From Actinomycetota bacterium (GTDB lineage: Bacteria; Actinomycetota; AC-67), in assembly GCA_035307625.1 (NCBI GenBank), contig DATGHY010000315.1, positions 1 through 43,496 on the forward strand: DNA of 43,496 nucleotides. Direction: 5' to 3'. The notes below the pieces were generated by a model that saw only the letters and a list, made by a program, of their open reading frames with translations, did no database searches and was not told the DNA's origin. Shown here piece by piece: positions 1 through 7,890 of the stretch (positions are counted from its first letter, which is position 1; every line of letters begins with the position of its first letter). Made by a program: the position numbers and the translations under genes.

Positions 1-1
1 C

Positions 2-1126
2 GTCGCAGGCTGCGAAGTGAACGACTCGCCGTTCCGGCCGATCTGCGCCCGCTGCCGCGCGCTTATCGCGGAGCAAGGAGACGCGACGCCGGTCGCCTGG
101 CTCGCGCGCGTCCGCCGGTACGCGGAGAAGCTGGCGACGCCCGACACATCTGTGGCCGACCTGATCGGCGACGTCGACCCGATCCGTGTCGCAGAAGGGC
201 GCTATCTCTCCGACGAGCTTACGATCCATTATGGCCTCGTCCCCCGCACGCACCGGGGGATCTTCAGCGTGAACGAGCTGCCCGACCTGCCCGAACGCAT
301 CCAAGTCGCGCTGCTCAACATCCTGGAGGAGCGCGATGTGCAGATCCGCGGTTACAACGTGCGTCTCGACCTCGACCTCTTGCTGGTCGCCAGCGCGAAC
401 CCCGAGGACTACACGAACCGTGGCCGCATCATCTCGCCCCTCAAAGACCGTTTCGGCAGTGAGGTGCGCACGCACTACCCGACCGAGACTGCGGACGAGA
501 TCGAGATCATGAACCAAGAGGCGAAGCCGTCGGTTGCAGGTATCGCAGTCGTAGTCCCGCCGTTCATCGCGGAGGCTCTGGCGGAGTTCACGCATCACCT
601 ACGCCGCTCGCCGCACGTCAATCAGCGTTCCGGCGTCAGCGTCCGCTTCTCGATCGGCGGGCTGGAATCGGTGATCGCGTCGGCCGTGCGGCGCGCGGTG
701 CGCACCGGAGAATCGGAAGCGGTTCCGCGCGTCAGCGATTTCCCGGGTGTGATCCGTTCGTCGATGGGACGCGTCGAGTTCGAGTCGTTCGAAGAAGGCC
801 GCGAATCGGAGATCCTCGAGCAGCTCGCGCGCAAGGCGATCCTCGACGTGTTCCGCCGCAGGCTGAGCGGTTTCGACTTCAACGGGCTGCTCGCGCGATT
901 CGAAGAAGGCATGGAAGTTGATACGGGTGACCTGGTCGCGGCGCCGGAGCTCTTGAAGCAGGTCGGCGACGTTCCGGGTGCGTCGGGGCTCCTGAAGCGT
1001 TTGGGCGTGAACGAGGAGTCGCCGGCGTTGGTTGCATCCGCGCTGGAGTTCGCCTTGGAGGGCCTCCACCTGTCGCGTCGTCTGAACAAAGAGCAGACCG
1101 CGACCGGCGCGCGCTACGGAGCCTGA
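2..1126 (+). CDS. AAA+ ATPase, Mg-chelatase ChlI / MoxR-like (5'-truncated by window edge)
   Basis: The frame is open to the window start, so the GTG at 17 is probably internal. Walker B/sensor region reads HRGIFSVNELPDLPERIQVALLNILEERDVQIRG and LLLVASANPEDYTNRGRIISPLKDRFG, typical of ChlI/BchI-like AAA+. The stop lies 1 nt before the next gene's ATG. Confidence 0.8.
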   Translation, partial: VAGCEVNDSPFRPICARCRALIAEQGDATPVAWLARVRRYAEKLATPDTSVADLIGDVDPIRVAEGRYLSDELTIHYGLVPRTHRGIFSVNELPDLPERIQVALLNILEERDVQIRGYNVRLDLDLLLVASANPEDYTNRGRIISPLKDRFGSEVRTHYPTETADEIEIMNQEAKPSVAGIAVVVPPFIAEALAEFTHHLRRSPHVNQRSGVSVRFSIGGLESVIASAVRRAVRTGESEAVPRVSDFPGVIRSSMGRVEFESFEEGRESEILEQLARKAILDVFRRRLSGFDFNGLLARFEEGMEVDTGDLVAAPELLKQVGDVPGASGLLKRLGVNEESPALVASALEFALEGLHLSRRLNKEQTATGARYGA

Positions 1127-1127
1127 G

Positions 1128-3074
1128 ATGCGCGTCTTCCGTTACTCGCGCTGGGACGGAACGCAGACGCCGATCACCGACGACCTCTCCGTTTCGAAGC
1201 TGGTCGACTCCCTGAGCGACGACATCCTCGACGGGCTCGGTCCCGACATGGCGTTCGAGCACATGCTCCGCCGCGGCGTGCCGGGGCAGTTCGGCGGCAT
1301 CCAGTCGATGATGGAGCGGTTGCGGCGTGCGCGTCAGCAGCAGCAAGAGCAAGGCCGTCTCGACGGCTGGCTCGAGAAGCTCCGCGATCAGCTCGACCGG
1401 GTGGTCAACACCGAGCGCGCGCAGCTCGCGCGGCAGGCCGACGACACCGCGCGCCTCAACGAATCGTTCCTCGACTCGTTGCCGTCGAGCGTCGCCGGCT
1501 CGATCTCGGAGCTGAAGGATTACGACTTCGCCTCGAGCGAGGCGCGCGAGATGTTCCAGGACCTGCTCGAGCAGATCCGCCAAGAGATGCTCGCGGCGTA
1601 CGGCGACAAGATGGTCCAAGGCATGAAGAACATGTCGCCGGAAGAGCTGGCGGCGATGAAGGACATGCTTGCCGACCTGAACCGGATGCTCGAGCAGCGT
1701 CGCGAAGGCACCGGACCGACGCAAGAGGAGTTCAACCAGTTCATGGCGCACCACGGCCAGTTCTTCCCTGAGAACCCGCGGACGCTGGACGAGCTTCTCG
1801 AAGCGCTGGCTCGCCGCATGGCTGCGATGTCGCAGCTGATGGCGTCGTTGCCGCGCGACCGCCGCGAAGAGCTGATGCAGCTGTCGCAAGAGATGCTCCA
1901 AGACATGGGCCTGTCGTTCGAGGTTTCGCGCCTCAACGACTCTCTGCGCGACCTCTTCCCCCAGATGCCCTGGGATGAGTTCGCAGGCATCGACGGCGAC
2001 CAGCCGCTCGGACTGTCGGAAAGCCTTGAAGCGATCGAGCGCCTGGCCGAGCTCGACGACCTCGAGTGCACGTTGAAGATGGACGGGCCCAACGCGTCGC
2101 TCGAAGACGTCGACGTCGACAAGCTGCGCAGCACGCTCGGCGACGACGCCGCGCGGGACCTCGAGCGGATGAAGCAGGTCGAGCGCGCGTTCGAAGAAGC
2201 GGGGATCCTCGTGCGTCGCGGCGGCAAGATCGAGATGACGCCGCGCGGCATCCGAAAGCTCGGTGAACGCGCATTGGTTCGTGTGTTCGAGCGGCTGGTA
2301 GCCGACCGCGCCGGTTCTCACGACGTGCGCGAAGCCGGCGGCAGCGGCGAGGCGACCGGCGCGACCCGGCAGTGGCGCTGGGGCGATCCGTTCCGCATCC
2401 ACGTTCAACGAACGGTCGGCAATGCGGTGATGCGCACGGGACCGACGAAGGGACGCGTGCGCCTGCACCCCGACGACTTCGAGATCGAGGAGGCCGAGAA
2501 CCGAACGTCGACCGCTACGGTGCTGCTGCTCGACATGAGCTTGTCGATGCCGCTGCGGGGTCACTGGGTGCCTGCGAAGCGGATGGCACTCGCGCTGCAC
2601 TCCCTGATCTCGTCGAAGTATCCCGAAGACAAGCTGTCGATCGTGGGGTTCAGCGATATCGCGCGCGAGCTGAAGCCGAACGATCTGGTCGACGTCGACT
2701 GGGAGCCGGTCAAGGGCACGAATATGGCGCACGCGTTCAACCTGGCGGGGCGGCTCCTCGCGAAGCAGCGCGGTGCGACGAAGCAGGTGCTTCTGGTGAC
2801 CGACGGCGAGCCGACCGCGCACCTCGAAGGCGACTACGTTTACTTCAACTGGCCGCCGGTACGGAAGACGCTCGAAGAGACCTACAAGGAAGCGATGCGC
2901 CTCGCGAAGAGCGACGTCACGCTGAACGTGTTCATGCTCGAAGACGATCCGGGTCTCGTCGGTTTCATCGATCGCCTCGCGAAGATCGTCACCGGGCGTG
3001 TGTTCGCCGTCCGCGACGATGCGCTCGGGGAGTTCGTCGTGCGCGACTACCTCCGCGCGCGCGCCACGCGCTGA
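1128..3074 (+). CDS. VWA (von Willebrand factor A) domain protein with a long coiled-coil-like N-terminal region
   Basis: C-terminal VWA/MIDAS-like block reads VLLLDMSLSMP...IVGFSD...LLVTDGEPTAH. The N-terminal 400 aa are rich in E/R/L/Q. The junction TGAgATG couples it tightly to the upstream ATPase. Confidence 0.85.
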   Translation: MRVFRYSRWDGTQTPITDDLSVSKLVDSLSDDILDGLGPDMAFEHMLRRGVPGQFGGIQSMMERLRRARQQQQEQGRLDGWLEKLRDQLDRVVNTERAQLARQADDTARLNESFLDSLPSSVAGSISELKDYDFASSEAREMFQDLLEQIRQEMLAAYGDKMVQGMKNMSPEELAAMKDMLADLNRMLEQRREGTGPTQEEFNQFMAHHGQFFPENPRTLDELLEALARRMAAMSQLMASLPRDRREELMQLSQEMLQDMGLSFEVSRLNDSLRDLFPQMPWDEFAGIDGDQPLGLSESLEAIERLAELDDLECTLKMDGPNASLEDVDVDKLRSTLGDDAARDLERMKQVERAFEEAGILVRRGGKIEMTPRGIRKLGERALVRVFERLVADRAGSHDVREAGGSGEATGATRQWRWGDPFRIHVQRTVGNAVMRTGPTKGRVRLHPDDFEIEEAENRTSTATVLLLDMSLSMPLRGHWVPAKRMALALHSLISSKYPEDKLSIVGFSDIARELKPNDLVDVDWEPVKGTNMAHAFNLAGRLLAKQRGATKQVLLVTDGEPTAHLEGDYVYFNWPPVRKTLEETYKEAMRLAKSDVTLNVFMLEDDPGLVGFIDRLAKIVTGRVFAVRDDALGEFVVRDYLRARATR

Positions 3075-3079
3075 GTCCG

Positions 3080-3799
3080 ATGCGTCGGGGTGCGAGACCC
3101 TCCAGATTTCTGGCGCTCCTGATCTCAGTTCCGCTCCTCGCCGCGTGCACGACGAGCCCGACGGTTGCGCCCGGGTCCGAGCCTTCGATCGGGGAGCCGC
3201 CGCTCATCTTCGCGTCCTGTGCTCCGAGCCCGCGCAGCATCACGATCGTTGCCAAGAACATCGCTTTCAACACGCACTGCCTCAATGCGCGCGCGAACAC
3301 ACCATTGACGATCCGCTTCGTGAACGAGGACGTCGGCGTGAACCACAACGTCGACATCCTCCCGAGGCCGTGGGGTTACAACACGCCGGCGAAGGCGGTC
3401 CTTTTCGGCCGCATCGTCCTCGGCCCCGTGACGGTGCGGTATCCGTCGAACGGCTTTCCCGCAGGGCTGCTCTTCATGGTGTGCTACGTACACCATGACG
3501 TGATGTACGGCCTCGTTGGAGTGGCGCCCATCGTCACGCCAACGTCTGGTTCAGCATCAACTCGGTTCCACCTCACCTGGGCGAATGTGACCGACGCACC
3601 GCCGGGGTACGTATGGGACGTTCAGGTCCGTCGACCGGGGTCCGCAACGTTCGTCGATTGGAAGCGTTCGCTAAAGGAGTTTGGGGCCGACTTCGTTCCG
3701 GACGCGGGGAGCGGCGTTTACTCGTTCCGGGTGTGGCAGCATCTCCCGGCTCGAGGTGTGATCGGTTATTCGCCCGAGGTATCGCTCACAGCCAGTTAG
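3080..3799 (+). CDS. Cupredoxin-like (type-1 copper-like) lipoprotein with a C-terminal beta-sandwich domain
   Basis: This is an internal ATG of track ORF 2372..3799. Signal peptide plus lipobox LLAAC. Motif FVNEDVGVNHNVDI followed by C-Y-V-H-H-D-V-M (C-x2-H-x3-M) resembles blue-copper ligand spacing. Confidence 0.7.
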   Translation: MRRGARPSRFLALLISVPLLAACTTSPTVAPGSEPSIGEPPLIFASCAPSPRSITIVAKNIAFNTHCLNARANTPLTIRFVNEDVGVNHNVDILPRPWGYNTPAKAVLFGRIVLGPVTVRYPSNGFPAGLLFMVCYVHHDVMYGLVGVAPIVTPTSGSASTRFHLTWANVTDAPPGYVWDVQVRRPGSATFVDWKRSLKEFGADFVPDAGSGVYSFRVWQHLPARGVIGYSPEVSLTAS

Positions 3800-3819
3800 A
3801 GCTGCCGGCGTATGAGCCT

Positions 3820-4986
3820 TTACTTCTTGGCCGCGTCGCGCTCGTCGATGTACTTCTTCGTTGCGTCTTCGATGGCGCTCATCACCTGACCGCGCATCTT
3901 CGGATGATGCTCCGCGACCCAATCGCGCGAGCCGGTCAGCGACGCCGTCGTTCCGTTGATCTCCGGGATGACGTAGCGCGAGAAGAGCTCGTACGAGCGC
4001 AACGTCTGCGGGCGATCGGCCCACTCGTGCGACATGAACAGGTAGGTACCGAAGCCGCCGGCCTGCTTCTCGAGCCGTCGGATCGCTTCGATCGCCATGT
4101 CGGGCGTGCCGATCACAGAGAGGCCCGACATGTTCATGAGTTCGATGAGGTCGTCGATCTTGATGTCGGCCATCTCCGGCGGCAGAAGCGGTAGGGCGGC
4201 CACACGCGTGAAGTAGTAGAGCCAGCGTTCGAGCCCGAACTGCACATCGGCGCGAGCCTGCTCGAGCGTGTCGGCGATGTGCATCGGACCCACTAAACGC
4301 CAGCGGTCGCGATCGACGGTCGTGCCGAGCCGCGCCGACTGCTCCTCCATCACATCCCAGTGACTGCCGAGCGCGCTGAACCCTTCGACGGTCGTCGCGC
4401 TGACCGACAGCAACGAGCAGCCGTACTTCGACGCGAGCCGCGGACCGGACGGCGACACCATCGCGGCGACGGCGATCTCGAACGTCGGCTGCGTGTACGG
4501 GCGAAGCTGCAGGCGAGCGTCCTGAAGCGTGAACCACGACGTCTTGCGCGAGACCGGCTCGGGTGACGTCAGCAACGCGATGATGGCCTCGAGTGCTTCC
4601 TCCATCATGTCGCGCTGTTGTGCAGGCTGGATGCCCAACATGTACGCGTCCGATGCGAGCGCGCCGGGTCCCACGCCGAGCATCGCGCGCCCGCGCGTGA
4701 GGTGATCGAGCAGGACCATGCGGTCGGCAAGCAAGAGGGGTTGGTGGTAGGGCAGCGACGACACGCCGGTGCCGAGCTTGATGCGCTTCGTGCGCTCGGC
4801 GGCTGCAGCGATGAACACCTCGGGCGAGGCGATGATCTCGCTCCCGGCCGAGTGGTGCTCGCCGATCCACGCCTCGTCGTAGCTCAGCTCGTCCAGCCGC
4901 TCGATCAATTCCAGGTCGCGTTGCAGCGCGAGGGTCGGGTTCTCGTCCGGCCGGTGGAACGGTGCCAGGAAGATGCCGAATCGCAT
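3820..4986 (-). CDS. LLM-class flavin-dependent oxidoreductase (luciferase-like monooxygenase)
   Basis: N-terminus MRFGIFLAPFH...DEAWIGEHHS...GTGVSSLPYHQPL is the canonical LLM signature. I chose the ATG at 4986, which has GGAG about 7 nt upstream, over the track start at 5049. Confidence 0.9.
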   Translation of the reverse strand: MRFGIFLAPFHRPDENPTLALQRDLELIERLDELSYDEAWIGEHHSAGSEIIASPEVFIAAAAERTKRIKLGTGVSSLPYHQPLLLADRMVLLDHLTRGRAMLGVGPGALASDAYMLGIQPAQQRDMMEEALEAIIALLTSPEPVSRKTSWFTLQDARLQLRPYTQPTFEIAVAAMVSPSGPRLASKYGCSLLSVSATTVEGFSALGSHWDVMEEQSARLGTTVDRDRWRLVGPMHIADTLEQARADVQFGLERWLYYFTRVAALPLLPPEMADIKIDDLIELMNMSGLSVIGTPDMAIEAIRRLEKQAGGFGTYLFMSHEWADRPQTLRSYELFSRYVIPEINGTTASLTGSRDWVAEHHPKMRGQVMSAIEDATKKYIDERDAAKK

Positions 4987-5221
4987 GAGCAAGCTCCAGG
5001 GGTCGTGGTCGCGCGCGTGCATCCTGCGGAGCCGCGGCGGGTGGGTCAACTCGAGGTCGCGAGCGGCCCCCGCGTCGTAAGGAACTCGTAACCGACCAGA
5101 ATTGAGCCAAACCGGGGCGCTTGGGCCAAACGTTCCCGAAAAATAGGACTTCTAGGGAGTCCCAATGTGTGCCATTCGGCGTTATCCTCGCTGCACTATC
5201 GGTCGGACAGGGGGTTCGTGT

Positions 5222-6109
5222 ATGTCTCGTCGGCTCACACTTGCAACGGTGCTCGTCGCGCTCATCGCCGGGATGGTCGGCATGGGGGCCGGCGCGGCTT
5301 CCGCTTCGAAGCCCGAGGTCCAGAAAGCCAATCATGGGCACGAGTTCAAGGCGAAGGACGCTAAGAACCTTGGGATCGGCTTCGGTTTCAGTCCGAACCT
5401 CGTGAACCACGGCGGTCCGATCATGACGGCGTCGATCGTGAAAGCGATCTACTGGGGCACCCAATGGGGCAACTCCTCTTTCGTCGGTGACAAGCAGACC
5501 GGCCTCGACACCTTCTATGGGGGTTGGACGGGCACGAAGTACGCAGGCACGACCACGGAGTACTCCAGCAGCAACGGGAAAGTTTCCGGGGCCGTGACGT
5601 ACAACGGGCACGTGGTTGACGCGACCGCCGGCCCAACGAGTCCGCCGTCGACGGCGCAGATCGTGGCCGAAGTGGCCAAGATGATTCCGAACCCGGTAAG
5701 CAACGGCTATTACCCGGTCTACGTCGACCTGAAGCGCGGCAACGCGGGTTACTGCGCTTGGCACGACACCGGCACGGCCAACGGCGTCCAGGTTCAGGTC
5801 GCGTTCTTCTTCAACCTCGACGGCGACAGCGGCTGCGATCCTCAAGACACGAGCGGCGCCCACTCTCAGGGGCTCGCTGCGCTGGCGAACGTCAGCGGCC
5901 ACGAGCTGAGCGAGGCGGAAACCGATCCGCATCTCAACGCGTGGTACGACCGCCAAGGCAACGAGAACGCTGACAAGTGCGCGTGGCACTTCAACAAGCT
6001 CTCGACGTTCTCGAACGGAAGCGTGTGGAAGATCCAGGGCAACTGGAGCAACGCCGCCTACAACAACCGCACTGGGTACTACAACCGCGGGTGCGTGGAC
6101 GGCAACTAA
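5222..6109 (+). CDS. Secreted hypothetical protein with twin CAWH motifs
   Basis: Internal ATG with a GGGGG SD. Signal peptide is MSRRLTLATVLVALIAGMVGMGAGAASA. Motifs GYCAWHDTG, DKCAWHFN and GHELSEAETDPHLNAWY are present. I recognise no confident family. Confidence 0.6.
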   Translation: MSRRLTLATVLVALIAGMVGMGAGAASASKPEVQKANHGHEFKAKDAKNLGIGFGFSPNLVNHGGPIMTASIVKAIYWGTQWGNSSFVGDKQTGLDTFYGGWTGTKYAGTTTEYSSSNGKVSGAVTYNGHVVDATAGPTSPPSTAQIVAEVAKMIPNPVSNGYYPVYVDLKRGNAGYCAWHDTGTANGVQVQVAFFFNLDGDSGCDPQDTSGAHSQGLAALANVSGHELSEAETDPHLNAWYDRQGNENADKCAWHFNKLSTFSNGSVWKIQGNWSNAAYNNRTGYYNRGCVDGN

Positions 6110-6127
6110 CGTCTCAATAGTGGTGCG

Positions 6128-6154
6128 GACGCCCGGCCGGATCGGCCGGGCGTC
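6128..6154 (+). terminator. Intrinsic-terminator-like hairpin after the secreted-protein gene
   Basis: GACGCCCGGCCG-gat-CGGCCGGGCGTC forms a perfect 12-bp stem 19 nt after the stop at 6109. There is no strong U-tract. Confidence 0.55.
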
Positions 6155-6184
6155 TGTGCGTCTGAGCCTCGTATCCTGTGGGGG

Positions 6185-7036
6185 ATGGACCTATACACGC
6201 TGACGTCTGAGCCGCGGATGCGCGCGCCCGTGCTCATCATCGCGCTGGACGGATGGGTCGACGCAGCCGCGGCTGCTACGACCGCCGCGAACCAGATCGC
6301 CGAGGACGGCGAGCAGATCGCCAGGTTCAACATGGATCTCCTCATCGACTATCGCGCGCGCCGGCCGGTGCTCGACATCGTCGACGGCGACCTCAAGTCG
6401 CTCGCGTGGTCCGAGCTGACGGCACGCGTCGCCAAGGCCGGCGACCGCGACCTCGTCGTGCTGACCGGTGTGGAGCCCGACTTCCGGTGGCGCGAGCTTT
6501 CCGATGCGGTGCACGAGTTGTGCGTTCGCCTCGGCATCGTCGAATCGGTGACGCTCGGATCGCTCGGGCTGGCGGTGCCGCACACGCGTCCGACGCAGAT
6601 CACGGCAACGGCCTCGCGCCCCGAGGTGCTCGGTCCCGACGATCAGCGAACCGAAGGTTTGCTTCGCGTCCCCGCCGCCGCCGTGTCGGTGATCGAGATG
6701 AACCTGCGCGATCACGGGATCCCGACGGTGGGGTTCTTCGCGCAAACCCCGCACTACGTCACTGCGACCTATGCACCGGCCGTCCTCGCGTTGCTCGAAC
6801 GCCTCGGCCGTCACCTCGGCGTGATGCTTCCGGTCGGCTCCTTAGCCGACGATGCCGTCTCCCAGCGGGAGCAGCTCGATCGGATCGTCGAGCAGCGCCC
6901 GGAGATCAAGGAGTACGTCGAGCGGCTCGAAGCCGCGTACCAGCCCGGCTGGTCGATACCGAGTGCAGACGAGCTCGGAGCAGAGATCGAACGCTTCCTC
7001 CGCAGACAGGGCGACGAAGGCCGCGGCAGCTACTAA
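6185..7036 (+). CDS. PAC2 (proteasome assembly chaperone 2-like) family protein
   Basis: APVLIIALDGWVDAAAAA..., LLIDYRARRPV, LTGVEPDFRW and LAVPHTRP match the actinobacterial PAC2 family pattern. Confidence 0.85.
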   Translation: MDLYTLTSEPRMRAPVLIIALDGWVDAAAAATTAANQIAEDGEQIARFNMDLLIDYRARRPVLDIVDGDLKSLAWSELTARVAKAGDRDLVVLTGVEPDFRWRELSDAVHELCVRLGIVESVTLGSLGLAVPHTRPTQITATASRPEVLGPDDQRTEGLLRVPAAAVSVIEMNLRDHGIPTVGFFAQTPHYVTATYAPAVLALLERLGRHLGVMLPVGSLADDAVSQREQLDRIVEQRPEIKEYVERLEAAYQPGWSIPSADELGAEIERFLRRQGDEGRGSY

Positions 7037-7227
7037 CGACAAACGGTTCGAAGCAGTGCAACGCCGCGAACCTGTCGGGCGCGTTGGTCACGAATGACTA
7101 TCCGCGCGTAGTCACTTGGAACCCACTTTGCGCGCGTTCTGTTTATGCCGCTCAACCGCCGTTTCCGCGCGCGCAGACCTTTCGTTATCCGGTCGCAACC
7201 AGCCGCTCGAAATGAAAGGGAGAAGTT

Positions 7228-7827
7228 ATGCGCAGGCCTCGCATCATCGCTTACTCGGCTCTCGTCGCAGCTGCCGTCGTGACGATCGCCGTGAGCTCAA
7301 CGTCGGCATCGACGACGCACGGTATGAACACGCCGGCCGGTCCCGTGAACGGCAAGGTCTCCGCCGGTGGAAGCGCGGCCGGTTTCCAGGCGAGCGGCAG
7401 CTGGGATTCCTCCTCCTTGCAGAACCTGCTCAACGCGCCACTTCCTGCCGCCCCGAACATCTCCGTTCCGAACACGCCGGCTGTTCCCGGCCTCCCGAGC
7501 GTCCCGTCCCTGCCGAAGATCGGGGTGCCGGGGATGCCGAGCATCCCGAACCTCGGCAACCTGCCGGGCGTACCCAACGTCGGTGGCCTCCCCGACCTCA
7601 ACAACCTTCCCGTTCCGCTTCCGAGCCTGCCGTCGGTGCCCGGTCTGCCCGGTGCCGGCGACGTGACGGGCATCGTGAGCGGCGTGACGGGCGGCGGGCT
7701 TCCTTCGCTCCCGAGCGTTCCGAGCGTGCTCCCCTCACTCCCGGCCTCACTCCCGGGTGTCCCGAACGTGTTGCCGTCGCTTCCTTCTCTGCCGGGTGTT
7801 GGCTCGGTCACCGGATTGCTTCCCTAG
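7228..7827 (+). CDS. Secreted proline-rich repeat protein ([LVIM]P-x-[LV]P repeats)
   Basis: SD AAAGGGAGAAG precedes the ATG and there is an N-terminal signal/anchor. The C-terminal 130 aa consist mostly of LPSLPSVPGLPG-type repeats. Confidence 0.65.
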   Translation: MRRPRIIAYSALVAAAVVTIAVSSTSASTTHGMNTPAGPVNGKVSAGGSAAGFQASGSWDSSSLQNLLNAPLPAAPNISVPNTPAVPGLPSVPSLPKIGVPGMPSIPNLGNLPGVPNVGGLPDLNNLPVPLPSLPSVPGLPGAGDVTGIVSGVTGGGLPSLPSVPSVLPSLPASLPGVPNVLPSLPSLPGVGSVTGLLP

Positions 7828-7847
7828 GGCCACATAGCAACACACAG

Positions 7848-7870
7848 ACGGGGCCCCCAGGGGGCCCCGT
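7848..7870. terminator. Bidirectional terminator-like hairpin between convergent genes
   Basis: ACGGGGCCCC-cag-GGGGCCCCGT forms a perfect 10-bp GC stem between the stops at 7827 (+) and 7891 (-). Confidence 0.6.
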
Positions 7871-7890
7871 CGTAGTGTTCCGCCCGATCG

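Noticed and set aside
879-2822. 647-aa ORF antisense to the VWA gene
   Set aside because: The product is Arg/Ala/Leu-rich low-complexity sequence, typical of antisense frames in high-GC DNA. The sense frame has clear VWA motifs and operon coupling.
2372-3079. Upstream extension of the cupredoxin lipoprotein ORF
   Set aside because: It overlaps the VWA coding frame. The signal peptide and lipobox begin at the ATG at 3080.
3671-5989. 772-aa minus-strand ORF spanning three annotated genes
   Set aside because: It crosses an intergenic region and two genes with strong family signatures. Its composition (R/A/G/P-rich) is non-protein-like. It is a high-GC open-frame artefact.
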